From Centroscyllium fabricii (lineage: Eukaryota), in NCBI GenBank assembly GCA_051313645.2, contig JBNRSN020000002.1, positions 402,690,001 to 402,754,000 of the forward strand: 64,000 bases of DNA, given 5' to 3'. Shown here piece after piece: positions 1 to 12,154 of the stretch. The position numbers and the translations under genes are program-made. The notes below the pieces were generated by a model. It saw only the letters and a list, made by a program, of their open reading frames with translations, made no database searches and was not told where the DNA came from. Within the stretch, counting starts at the first letter, position 1. Each line of letters begins with the position of its first letter.

Positions 1-30
1 ACCACCAGCCAAAGACTTTTTTTTGAAAAC

Positions 31-3000
31 ATGGTGAACCCAAGAAACCAAGCTCCACGAACGCAGGGAGCTGGACAGAACGCTGGACGTGGACTAACTC
101 TACCCGAGTTCTGGGAGCAACGGCCAGCGGCCTGGTTCATGTGCATTGAGACCAGCTGCCGCACACATGGCATCCAAGGGGACGACCGCTACGACCTGGT
201 GTTCTCAGCCCTACCACAGACGACGATTGATCGGATGTGGTCAAAAATACAGTGCATGCCCGTCGCAGGCAGGTATGAAACGCTAAAGGCCGCGCTTATC
301 AAAAAATTTACCCCCTCCCAATTCGAGCGCGACTGCCAGCTCCTCGACCTCCCCGAACTCGGAGACGCAGACCCATCGGACCTCTTAGGTCAGATGCAAG
401 CGCTCACACCCAACTCGGCCTCCCTCTTCCGCACCGTCTTCCTCCTTAAACTGCCCCGCGCCATCAGACCGGCCTTGGCGGCCCTTGGCCACCGGAGCGA
501 TGACGAGCTCGGAGAGGAGGCCGACAGGCTCATGGAGGCGCAGCGCACCCGCTCAACCACGTGCGACCCTAACTCCGCATCGGTAGAGCGCAGCCAATCA
601 CCCCCCAGGCATAACTTTACACCTGAACCTAGGGCCCCGCGCCCGCCTAGACAACCGCGTCCCTCTAGCACCGGCTGGTGCTACTACCACACGCGGTTCG
701 AACACAAAGCGCACCGCTGCGTCCAGCCATGCGCGTTCAAGCCACGGCCCAACTCAGCCCCCACCATGTCGGTAGGCCACACAGGAGCACTGCTCTTCGC
801 CACAGACAGCGGCACAGGCCTCAGGTTCCTCTGCGACACAGGCGCGCAGCACAGCATCGTGCCAGCCTCCCCTACAGAAACCAAACAAAGTACCCGGGGC
901 CCGCCACTAGTGGCAGCCAACGGCTCCAACATAAAAACGTACGGCACCTGCAAGCTAACTATAACCCTTGCAAGCCACGCGTACACCTGGGATTTTGTAA
1001 CGGCCCAGGTCACTTCACCCCACCTCGGGGCAGACTTACTCTGCGCCTAAGGCCTACTGGTCGATGTAACTCGGCGCCGCTTGGTAAATATAAATACCAT
1101 GACGACCATCCCATGCTCCACAGGGCCCGCACTCCTGGCCCACGCGGCAGCCCAATGCCGCTCCAGGGACTCCGATGCCTACGGCACACTCCTGGCAGAG
1201 TTCCCCGCCCTAACCAACCCCACGTTCACAGCCCGCAAGGCCAAACACGGGGTGGAACATTTTATAACTACCACAGGCCCGCCCGTCCATGCCCACGCCC
1301 GTAGGCTCGACCCGGCCAAGCAGGAGATCGCGCGCACCGAGTTCCGCACCATGGAGCAACTCGGTATAATCCGCCGCTCCTGCAGCCCCTGGTCCTCTCC
1401 GCTCCACATAGCCCCCAAGCCCGACGGAGGCTGGCGCCCCTGCGGCGACTACCGCCGCCTTAACAACGCCACCACCCCGGATAGGTACCCCGTACCCCAC
1501 ATCCAGGATTTTTCCGCCAGATTAGCGGGTTGTACGATCTTTTCTAAGATCGACCTGGTGCGTGGCTACCACCAGGTTCCGGTGCACCCGGCGGACATTC
1601 CTAAAACGGCCGTCATTTCCCCCTTCGGACTCTTCGAGTTCCTTAGGATGCCCTTCGGCCTTAAAAACGCGGCCCAGGCCTTCCAGCGCCTCATGGACTC
1701 AGTCCTACGGGAGTTGACGTTCATTTTCGTCTATTTAGACGACATCCTCGTGGCCAGCACCTCCCCCCAGGAACACCTCCTGCACCTCAGGACCCTGTTC
1801 CAACGCCTTACTGAACACGGCCTTATCTTAAGCCCCACTAAATGTAAATTCGGCCTCGAGACCATTGACTTCCTCGGCCACCGCATTTCCCAAACAGGGG
1901 CCATACCCCTGCCCTCTAAGGTGCAGGCGGTACAAGAATTCCCCCGCCCGCACTCCATTAAAGGGCTGCAGGAATTCTTAGGCATGGTTAATTTTTATAA
2001 CCGCTTTATCCCGGGAGCAGCTGCTCTCATGGCCCCCTTATACCAGGCCACCCGCGGGCAGTCCAATAAGGCTGCGGTCGAGTGGACGGCCGACGCCGAC
2101 ACCGCCTTCACCGCAACTAAAACCGCCCTGGCAAACGCCACCCTCCTAGCCCACCCTAGGCCCAACACCAGAGTAGCCCTCACCACCGACGCCTCCGACC
2201 ACGCGGTCGGGGCCGTATTTGAGCAGTGGACCGGCAACTCGTGGCAGCCCCTGGCCTTTTTCAGCCGGCAACTCCGACCCCCAGAGGTTAAATACAGCGC
2301 CTTTGATAGGGAGCTACTCGCTCTCCATCTGGCGGTGCGACATTTTCGTTTCCTCTTGGAGGGCCTCCACTTTACAGCCTTCAGCGACCACAAGCCACTC
2401 ACGTTTGCGATGGCTAAGGTCGCTGAACCCTGGTCGGCCAGGCAGCAGCGCCAACTCGTGGCCGTGTCGGAATTTACAACCGACATCCAGCACATTTCCG
2501 GCCGCGACAACGTGGTCGCTGACTGCCTCTCATGCCCCACCATTAACGCCACCCAAATGGCGGTCGATTACGCCCAGCTGGCCGCGGACCAGCTGGCCGA
2601 CCCCGACCTACTCAACGCAGCAACTAATCTCCCCGGCCTCCACCTGGCCAATATCGAGCACGGCCCCGCGGCCACCGTCGTCTGCTGCGACGTATCCTTA
2701 CCGCAACCCAGGCCAGTCGTGCCCCACGCTTGGAGGCAACATATATTTAGGACCCTCCATGACCTGTCCCACCCCGGCGCCCGCGCGTCCATTACGTTAA
2801 TATCGGCCCGATTCGTATGGCGCGGCCTGCGCAAGGACGTCCGCGCCTGGGCCAGCTCCTGCATAGCCTGCCAGCGCTCCAAAGTGCATAAGCACATCAG
2901 GGTACCGCTGGAAAATTTTAAAGTACCGGCCAGGCGTTTTGACCATGTCCACATCGATCTCGTCGGGCCACTACCGCCATCCCGGGGCCACACGCACCTA

Positions 3001-3858
3001 ATGACCATGGTTGACCGCAACACTCGCTGGCCAGAAGCAGTCCCCCTCACCGCCACCGGCACCACGGACTTGGCCAGGGCGTTCATCGCCACCTGGGTCG
3101 CCCGCTTCGGCGTGCCCACAGACATCACCTCCGACAGAGGACCCCAGTTTACGTCGGCATTATGGGCGGCCATCGCCCGCGACCTCGGGGTGACACTACA
3201 CCGAACCACCGCATACCACCCACAGGCGAACGGCCTATGCGAACGGTTCCACCGCTCCATGAAGGCATCACTACGGGCCACACTTAAAGACGCATCGTGG
3301 ACCGACCGCCTTCCATGGGTCCTCCTCGGGCTGCGCTCGGCAGTCAAAGAAGACCTTAACGCCTCGGCAGCGGAGCTCATCTACGGCCAAACTTTAATGG
3401 TGCCGGGCGAGTTCCTGGCTGAGCCCAACGCTCCCTGGTCAGCCGACCAGTATTTAAAAGACTTCGCCAACCCGGCACGAGCTTTCCAGCCACTACCAGT
3501 GGCCCGGCACGGAGAGCCGGCAGCTCGGGTACCTGACAACATTAAAAATGAGAAATTCGTGTTCGTCCGGCGCGACAGACACCGATCTCCACTACAGCCA
3601 CCTTACAATGGCCCCTACAGAGTGCTTCGGGCGGGAGCTAAAGCTTTCGAGTTACAAATGGGCAACAGGACTGACACTGTGACAATAGACCGGCTCAAGC
3701 CGGCACACGTGATAGCGGGCGAGACTACGGTCCCCGCACAACCACCACAACGCGGTCGCCCTCCCGCAACAAAACCCGCCCACACTCCACCGCAGAACCA
3801 GAGGCTACAAGCAACACGGTCCAGCCGCATTATCCGGCCACCCCAACGGCATACATAG
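31..3858 (+). pseudogene. gag-pol polyprotein of family A copy 1, interrupted by one stop codon
   Basis: Gag LPEFW..W and CHCC motif CYYHTRF..C..PC; protease DTGA; RT YLDD; RNase H TDAS; integrase HHCC and DDE (HIDLVGP, SDRG, ERFH). TAA at 1048-1050 corresponds to TAT in copy 2. Confidence 0.93.
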
Positions 3859-3900
3859 ACACTGTCACTATTCCTCCCGGACGGATTCTGGGGGGAGCTG

Positions 3901-4145
3901 TGTGGCGGCACGCCCACTGGGACATCGAATCCACCACGGGGACTCCGCGGAGCAAAGCCCCGCTCATCCGGGTGACGCGACGACGTCACCACGTCGGCTG
4001 ACGCGATGACGTCACCAACCGCGGGACCGTTTAAATATGCCTGTCTCGAGTGGTTCACTCTCTTTCTTGTTTTGACTTAGTGTAATAAAGCTGTGTTTTC
4101 TCCAGCTCTGGCTCACGTGTGGTTCCTAGGCCTGCCGGCGCTACA
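3901..4145 (+). repeat. 3' LTR of family A copy 1
   Basis: TGTGGCGG...CTACA, near-identical to 16026-16270; contains AATAAA and a TGACGTCA site. Confidence 0.93.
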
Positions 4146-6298
4146 CTACCCTCCGGAACGAACTTCTGTACAGGAATGAGGAGCCTCGGTCAGATCTCAC
4201 CTATAATGGTGCCTCACCTGGTGGAGGAGTTGGAGGTGTGGCTGACCTGGCTCCCAACAGTGTCACAGTATACAGGGCTGTGCCTAACATCTGCACAGCC
4301 CATTATTAGCCATAATAATAGAGTGGTAATGTTAACACAAAAGGGTTACCACATTCACCCCTTCTTGAACATTTTAAGTCCGGAGTGGGGTGCATGGGTC
4401 GAACAGTTCATGATAAGTCTGTCCGGCGGTCGTGTCTGCCTGGAGGACCGCCGGCGTTCCGGTGTTGGTGGTGGTGCCTCCTGGTTCGAATCGCCCGCAT
4501 CTGCCGGTGCTGTGGCTTCAGATGGCGATGGACTCGGCTGGTCCCCGCCGTCCGGGTCGTAGTTCAGTGCAGGCCACTGCAGGGGCCATCGTGTGTCTGG
4601 TGGTTGATCGGCCTGCTGGCCGGCCGGGGGCTCTGCAGTGGTGCTTCCTGCGGGAGCCAGGTCCCTGATGGACACGGTGTCCTCACGACCGTCCGGGAAC
4701 TGCACGAATGCATAGTGGGGGTTCGCGTGTAGGAGCTGTACCTTGTCCACCAGGGGGTCTGTCTTGTGGCTCCGGACATGCCTTCTAAGCAAAACCGGCC
4801 CCGGAGTCGTCAGCCATGGAGGAAGAGCTGTCCCCGAAGTCGACCTCCTGTTGAAAGAGAAAATCAAATCGTGCAGGGTGACGTTAGTAGCAGTACATAA
4901 TAGAGAGCGTATAGAGTGCAGCGCGTCTGGGAGGACTGCCTGCCAATGGGACACTGGAAGGCCTCTGGACTTGAGAGCCAAGGTGACCGCCTTCCAAATG
5001 ATCCCATTCTCCCTTTCTACCTGGCCGTTCCCCCGGGGGTTATAACTGGTCGTTCTGCTCGTGGCAACCCCTCTCTGGAGCAGAAACTGGCGCAGTTCAT
5101 CGCTCATGAACGATGACCCCCCGGTCGCTATGGATGTAGCTGGGGAGACCGAAGATGGCGAACAGCATGGTGAAGTGTTTGATCACCGTTGCGCTCGTCA
5201 TGTCTGTGCAGGGGAAGGCGAAGGGGAAGGCGTGGTGAAGTGGGCGAGTCTCGTGACACCCGGGTGGCAAAGGCGGTCGTGGAGGTCCTTCAGCCGGTCT
5301 AGCTGGGCACTGGCGCACGTTCCCCTGGACAGTGCGTCCGGGGGTTCATTGAGTTTACCTGGTCGGTAAAGAATGTCGTACTCGTAAGTCGAGAGTTCGA
5401 TCCGCCACTGCAGGATCTTATCATTCTTGATTTTACCCCGTTGTTTATTGTTAAACATAAACGCCACCGACCGTTGGTCGGTGAGCAGGGTAAAACGCTT
5501 ACCGGCCAGGTAATGACGCCAGTAGCGCACGGCCTCCACGATGGCCTGGGCCTCCTTTTCCACTGCTGAGTGGCGAGTTTCGGGTCCCTGTAGGGTGCGG
5601 GAGAAAAACGCTACGGGCCTGCCTGCCTGATTCAGGGTGGCAGCAAGGGCAAAGTCCGAAGCGTCGCTCTCCACCTGGAAAGGGATGGATTCATCAACAG
5701 CGAGCATGGTCGCCTTGATAATATCTTCCTTTATCGACCGGGGTCATCGTTGCATTTTTTCAATATTCGTACGGCCGCTGTGTAGGTTGAGGCGTTCCTG
5801 ATGAGGGTGAATACCCTGCTGGAGATCCTCGACCGTAGGACCTGCAACTTGTTCCTGTCCGATGTAGCCTTGGCGGCGTCCATGTAGGCCTCCAGGAGGC
5901 CGAACTAGTGTTCGTACGTGGTAGCAGCGGCAGGGTCCTGGGGACTGATGTCCAGCTTCTCAGGTTTAACTGCGCTGCTCTCCATTTAAAAATAATTAGC
6001 AATTAAAATTGACGTATCGTCAATACCTTCGATTAAAAGAGTCGACGAGTAGTTACCGAAACTAAAGGCTTTTAATTGCTAAGAACGGAGCTACCCTCCG
6101 GAACGAACTTCTGTACAGGAATGAGGAGCCTCGGTCAGATCTCACCTATAACGGGGCCTCACCTGGGGGAGGAGTTGGAGGTGTGGCTGACTTGGCTCCC
6201 AACAGTGTCACAGTATACAGGGCTGTGCCTAACATCTGCACAGCCCATTATTAGCCATAATAATACAGTGGTAATGTTAACACAAAAGGGTTACCACA
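4146..6298 (-). mobile_element. Gypsy family B copy 1 (B1), internally deleted; 3' LTR interrupted by element A1
   Basis: 5' LTR 6010-6298 (TGTGG...GTCA on minus), partial 3' LTR 4146-4353, PPT AAGAAGGGGTGAA. Integrase (4355-5230) and RNase H (5230-5735) remnants are joined directly to early gag at about 5736; PR and RT are deleted. Confidence 0.92.
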
Positions 6299-7470
6299 AT
6301 GGAGAATGGAGAATTTTGCGAAAATCACAGGGTCGGGGTGGGACTTCCACCCAGCACCCCACCCCCGCTATGGTCCAGGCCTATTTCCCTCGGTGCCATT
6401 GGATGTCCATGATCATCTCCCAGTGGGATCCTTGACAGCAAGCAGTAAAATAAAGGTAATGCTGCAGCGGGAATGCCACTTCAGCACCCAAATTGGTGAA
6501 AGAGTTCTTTAACGGGTCACAGATCCCTGAAGAAGCAAGTAACTTAAATATGTGTAGGCCTTGGCCAAACCAAAACTTAAAATGGTAGAGGGCTACAATG
6601 GAGCAAAAAGAGGCTATTATGAAGTCCTCTCCCTCTACTTCCAATGTTTGGGGCCTTCCTGACTCTACCCCAAGAAATATTGACAGACGTCACCTGGTGG
6701 ATCCAGGGAGCTACTGTAAGAGGAGCAAGCAGTCGGGAAATGGGCTGGGAATACAGGCAGGCAAGGAAGGTGGTTTCAGAGGGGGCAGGAAGACAAAAGA
6801 CAAGATTGGGGTGGGGACGTGATGGTAGGCCTCGCTGCTCGATTTTTCCCTGCTGTTTCCACCGCTTTTCTTCCCGATTGGAGTGAAATAGCAGAGGAAG
6901 CTCCAGGCAAAAGTTTCATAACTTTCTCATAAGTCAAGCATTATTTATACAATTGGTATATGGATAAAAATGGCACAGAAAAGTCCCCTACGGTGACTCC
7001 ATTTTAGGTGAACAGAAATTATTGATTTATTTATTAAAATAAATTAAGTTCTCTGAACTGTAAAGTAGTGAGCAAGAGAGAGACATCAATCACAATGATG
7101 CAATGGCACCTAAACATCCTGCTGCCAACCACTTGAAGATAATGGAAGAAAAGTAGCGTTTCAAAAACAAAGGGCACAGATAATATGCCGGTTGCTATTC
7201 AGTAGGCTTCGGTCAGCTGGGTAGTGACCGTACACTATTTCATCACAATATGTGAGACTTGGCTCAGTACATTGTCAATCTCGTCAGTCTATTCACTCTT
7301 TCTGAAATTGGATACTCTTTGATCAGTAGAGGGAGTTTGGCAGTCAGACTTTACTTCAGGTGCCACTGGCGGACATGTCGCTTCATGCAGAGATTGATCC
7401 CCAAACAGTCATGCCTCCACCAGAACCTTTTTCTGTAGATTGTTTTAAAGAAATGTAAATGCTTCTTACA

Positions 7471-7632
7471 CAGGTTGAGCACCGTTATTCCGGCACCATC
7501 GTGACCAGGCTGGTGTCGGACCACTGAAAATTCCGAACCACTGAAGGTTCAGGGGGAGCGCGCCGGTTTCCAATCGTGCCGAACCACTGAAGCTGCCGGA
7601 CCATTGGGTGCCGGATTACCGGTGCTCTCCTG
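7471..7632. mobile_element. Tigger/pogo-like MITE
   Basis: Imperfect TIRs CAGGTTGAGCACCG...CCGGCACC / GGTGCCGGATTACCGGTGCTCTCCTG, TA on the right flank; same family as 56187-56516. Confidence 0.75.
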
Positions 7633-8782
7633 TACTTCACCTTTTCTAAACATAGTGATTAAAATGCTAATTTAGCATCTCTTCATCAAGTGCGCACTGA
7701 TGTTGTCTGGTATGTCTTTTGCCTATTTTTTCCAAGCTCCTCTTGTACTAACTACATGTTTGGAAATGTTGGAATGTTTTACGCCCGGTAGTAGATCAAA
7801 TTAATTACACTGTGCAATTTCTTTCAAAAAATACTAGGTATTATGCTATTAAAGACAACAATGTATATGTTATGGAACATTGCTTGTACTGCAGCAGAAT
7901 TAATTAAATCATGGATTGCATATAAACCTCAGGCACTATCTGACAGCCACTTGGAATGAGTTCCGATGAAACAATAAAACCCAGCTCTATTATGGCTGTT
8001 CCGGCAAAGAAAGATTTGTGTGAAGATAATTTGTAAAGGAATGGAGGCATTCAACCCTAGTTCAGACACACCATCAGAACGCCCATGTTTAGCACTCAAA
8101 AAAAAAATGATGGAAAAGAGTAACTGGGTCCTTTTCAGCCACATCACCCATTAAATATTAGTTTAATTGGCTCTTAACTACTTTGGTGTTAACCATAATT
8201 GCATATTAATTGATGGTGTAAATTGTGAATCGTTCATAAATCCACTCGACGATGAATTGGTTTCAAATACCCTACTTTGTATCAGTAGTAAATCTACCCA
8301 AATACTTCTGCATATTGTAAAATGTGTCCATATTTTTCAAGTTCTATAAAATTAACAGAAAGGTGGAATAGACTATTTCTAATTAGTCTCATTTTTGTAT
8401 ATAATTGTAGACCCACAAAATTTAAATTCAATGTTGCTTTACCAGAATATTTGTCAATATACTGGCCACAAATGTACATGCCATTTCCAGTATATCATTG
8501 ACACTGGAATGGCAATTTTATTTTTTGGGGCCTGCCAATTTGGGGCAGATGGTGGTTTGTTGGCATTTTCACCCCTTAATGGTTGCACTGCCATTTCTGA
8601 TCAGTACTGGGGCGTTCCAGCAATGTAGCTCTGATGTTACCTGAAGCTCATTATAATAAATGTAAATGCCAGATTCAATGGAACTTGCCATGTTGCCTTC
8701 AGCCTCAGGAATTCTACCCAACCTGAGCTCTTCAAGGAAGAAAATCATGTGACGACATGGCTTGTGGATGACAATGGATAAT

Positions 8783-9384
8783 GGGTCAGAAATCCCGATC
8801 AGCGCGGGAGGTTTTTGAGTCGGGTGCTCATGCACCCGAGCTCCGAATTGCAGGTTCCAGCTGCTGCCTGCAATTCTGATGGCGTCCAGCTGGGGGTCGT
8901 GAGCTGCAGCTGGCTGGATTGTGTTCGCCTGCGCACCAGGAGGTGCGCAGTGGACTTCCAAATTTTTTCTGGCCAATTAAAAACTTTACATTTTTCTTCT
9001 AAATTTTTATTTTTTCTTTAAAATCGGTAATTTATGTTAGTTAGAGTACGCTGTACTGTGAAAAAATGTGGTGTTTTTTACATTTTATTTTTGTGTTTAG
9101 ATGTGTTGTTGAAGCTCTTCCTTTTCATAACTTACACAGACTTCTCCATGTAGGTTATGAATGGAGGATTGCTTCCATTGATTGGCTCCCTGCAGATCAC
9201 ATGGTCCCGTGCGATATCTCCCACTAACTACGCCGTTCAGTTGCACCAGCAGGTCGCTTGGAGCTTACAGCAGCTTTATAACTCGGGATTTCACATCCCA
9301 TAATTGCAAAACGGCAGAAGTGCAGGGTAAGTGTACCTTGGAGCCTTGCACTCACAGGAAGGCTCCAAGGCTAATTTTTGGGCC
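8783..9384. mobile_element. Probable PIF/Harbinger-type MITE (diverged)
   Basis: Degenerate TIRs GGGTCAGAAAT / ATTTTTGGGCC, AAT on both flanks, GC-rich ends and T-rich centre like other MITEs here. Confidence 0.45.
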
Positions 9385-9890
9385 AATGAACCCCCTGTGA
9401 GCGGCAAGAAAAGCTGAGACCATTCCAACAAGGCACACTCCTCTACTATCGTTATGATAGAAAAAAACACAAAAGTCTTAAAGGAGCATTTTCAGTGCTT
9501 TGACAGATTAGAAGAGGCATTACATTATCTCCTGCACATGTATCATGTATAATTGGAACATACTATGCTCTTTTCAAATTTACCATTCAAAAGACCTGGA
9601 TATGGAGATTCCTGGGGAGATGGCTTTAACTGCTTTGGAGACATAGGAGTAAGAAGTGGATTATTAGGAAGACCCTTACTTGGAAGTCTCCTGAATGATA
9701 ATTGTAAAGGCCATCTGAAACCAGTTTATGAATGAAGTGTTTTCATCTGTTTAACAGTCTCCCTTCGCCATCACTGCCTTTCCTCAGCACCACAGATGCC
9801 TTTGGTATTACCTGACTCTGTAAGTCTTCATAATCTACATGAATACATAGTATGAACTAAGTGTCTCCATTCTTGTCCACGAATAAATGA

Positions 9891-9946
9891 TGTGGAGGTG
9901 CCGGTGTTGGACTGGGGTGGACAATTGCAAGAAGTCACACAACACA
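9891..9946. mobile_element. Short Penelope-like element fragment
   Basis: Matches the end of 21179-21362 in reverse orientation; flanked by a 12-bp direct repeat ACGAATAAATGA (9879-9890, 9947-9958). Confidence 0.7.
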
Positions 9947-10084
9947 ACGAATAAATGAGCATGAGATAAGTCTAACTTCTCTTTTATTGCAACCACGTCC
10001 AGTGTGATCATCAGCTATCCTCCTTCTTCATACCCTACTTCCCTTGGTGCCTTTCATTCTCTTATTCTAGTCCTTCTGGTACAG

Positions 10085-10490
10085 TGTCAGCTGTGGCTCA
10101 GTTGGTAGCACTCTCGCCTCTAAGTCAAGAAGGTCGTGGGTTGAAGTTCCACGCCAGAGACCTGAGCACAAAAATCCAGGCTGACTCTCCAGTGCTGCAC
10201 TGTTGGAGATGCTGTCTTTTGGATGAGACGTTAAACTAATGCCCCATCTGCCCTCAAAGATCCCATGGCACTATTTTGAAGAACAGGGGAATTATCCCCA
10301 ATGTCCTGGCCAATATTTATCCCTCAATAAACATTACTAAAACAGATTATCTGTTTGTTATCACATTGCTGTTTAGTGCACAAATTGGCTGCCACGTTTC
10401 CTAGTGACTACACTTCAATAGTACTTCATTGGCTGTAAAGTGCTTTGGGACATCCTGGGGTTATGAAAGGCACTATGTAAATGTCTTTCT
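10085..10490 (+). mobile_element. tRNA-derived Deu-domain SINE (SacSINE1-like)
   Basis: A/B-box head GTGGCTCAGTTGGTAGCAC...GGTTGAAGTTCC, conserved central domain, L2-like tail; homologous to 26901-27597 and 54113-54509. Confidence 0.8.
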
Positions 10491-10549
10491 TCACATATAA
10501 GAAATTCTGTTTTAAAATGTAGTGCAAAAAATATGTTTAATTAGTGTAT

Positions 10550-10752
10550 TTTCTTCTTCTTCTTAGGCAGTCCCTCGGAACCGAGGATGACTTGCTTCCA
10601 CACTAAAAATGAGTTCTCAGGTGACTGATGAGTCCAATGCGGGACCTACAGTCTCTGTCACAGGTGGGGCAGACGGTGGTTGAAGGGGCGGGTGGGTAAT
10701 GTGCTTGGGTTGACGTGCGCTCCTTCCGCTGTTTGCGCTTGGCTTCTGCTTT
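10550..10752 (-). mobile_element. RTE-type LINE 3' fragment
   Basis: (GAA)n tail on the minus strand next to AGGCAGTCCCTCGGA..CGAGGATGACTTGCTTCC, typical of RTE 3' ends. Confidence 0.6.
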
Positions 10753-12064
10753 TATTTTATTAGTATTCTATCCATAACAGTACAAGTATGCTGTTTATGG
10801 TTTCTAATCATATTTCCCAATTAACTTTGCACATTTCAATAGCTCACAGATGTTTTATCCCAACACAGTACTTCAAAAGTGCACCCTACAACTTTTATAT
10901 AGGTACCTGTAACAGTATTTCCTTACAAGTAGTTTTGGGGGAGGGTTAAATCTGTTGTCTGATGTAAGTTAGATCGGATTGACATAATTCATTGTAATGC
11001 CATATCTCGGAAAAAATTAAAGCTAAAATTAGTGCAGATTTATAATTGCAGCTGCCTTTTTGAAAAGATGCATTGTTTATGTTTACTATGCATGCTGGGA
11101 GGTGAACTCTGATTAATTGGGCCTATACACAAGATACAAGCTTGCAGTAATCCTGTTTTGGATGTGATCATTGATGTGACAATTACCATCAATCAAATGA
11201 CAGTTTGTGAGAGACAGCAGGTTTTCACCACAGCATTTGTTTTATCATTGTCCTCTGTGCTCCAAGGATCTGTGCGTGTTTATTGTAATTGTGAGAAATA
11301 CTCGTAGGTATCTTAATAAATGTTCTCCCTGTATTTATTTCATTATAGAATGTGTTTGAATACCATTGAACAATTTTTGAATTTAAGAATGTTCCGATCG
11401 TTGATTGGTCAGGAGTTCCAATTGATTGCAGGTTTGCTGCTAGATGTGAACTATCTGATCTTGATGGGTATCGTGTGAGGTCATTTCACAGAAGTATGGG
11501 TGTGTCGGTGATGTTGAGCTTCTTGTGTTACACAAGTGTAAGTGCGACGAAATTCTACTGGAAATGACCTACTTTAGGCTATATTAATGAGTTCAGTCTA
11601 GAAGAATAGCTAAGAGAGTTGCTGGAAGTCTTGAAGGCGTGTTTACGAGGTTCTGAAATGATAGCTCTACATCATAGTCACCCTGTTCTTAAAATCTTAC
11701 AGTTCAAGCCTGGCTGTTCCTTTGAAGCTTCCCTCAATCAAACTTGTGCTGTTAAAATGTCAGTGACTAGGGATCCACTATAAAGAGACGCTTGTGGCGG
11801 CACGCCCACTGAGACATCGAATCCGCCACGGGAACTCCGCGGAGCAAAGCCCCGCTCATCCGGGTGACGCGACGACGTCACCACGTCGGCCGACGCGATG
11901 ACGTCACCACGTCGGCCGACGCGATGACGTCACCAACCGCGGGACTGTTTAAATACGCTTGTTGCGAGTGGTTCACCCTCTTTCTTGTTTTGTTTAGTAT
12001 ATTAAAGCTGTGTTTTCTCTAGCTCTGGCTCACGTGTGGTTCCTAGGCCCTGCCGGCGCTACAG

Positions 12065-12076
12065 TGGTGACCCCGA
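12065..12076 (+). promoter_or_regulatory. Primer-binding site for tRNA-Trp
   Basis: TGGTGACCCCGA 1 nt after the 5' LTR, matching the first 12 nt of the tRNA-Trp PBS (TGGTGACCCCGACGTGAT). Confidence 0.85.
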
Positions 12077-12154
12077 ACTGGAACGACTTCCAGAGAAGAA
12101 AAGCTGCTGCAGGATCTGGGACCACCAGCCAAAGAACTTTTTAAATAAGAAAAC

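Larger units (their letters stand above)
1..4145 (+). mobile_element. Gypsy LTR retrotransposon family A, copy 1 (CsRn1/Kabuki-like); 5' LTR lies upstream of the window
   Basis: gag-PR-RT-RH-IN order, PPT GGGGGGAG before a TG...CA LTR at 3901-4145. The LTR is followed by CTAC and the interior of a family-B LTR, so this is a nested insertion. Confidence 0.95.

Noticed and set aside
1048-1050. Stop-codon readthrough between gag and pol in A1
   Set aside because: The TAA lies inside the protease domain and copy A2 has TAT there, so it is a nonsense mutation.
390-4058. Many long antisense and alternative-frame ORFs over the Gypsy elements
   Set aside because: Expected shadows of GC-rich coding sequence; no recognisable domains.
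10625-10650. CTGATGA-GTCC...GGAC as a hammerhead ribozyme
   Set aside because: The GAAA box is absent after the stem; the sequence is antisense RTE coding DNA.
11349-11545. Exon-like segment bounded by TTTCATTATAG and GTAAGT
   Set aside because: All three frames from the acceptor hit stops and the peptide is not recognisable; at most a non-coding exon.
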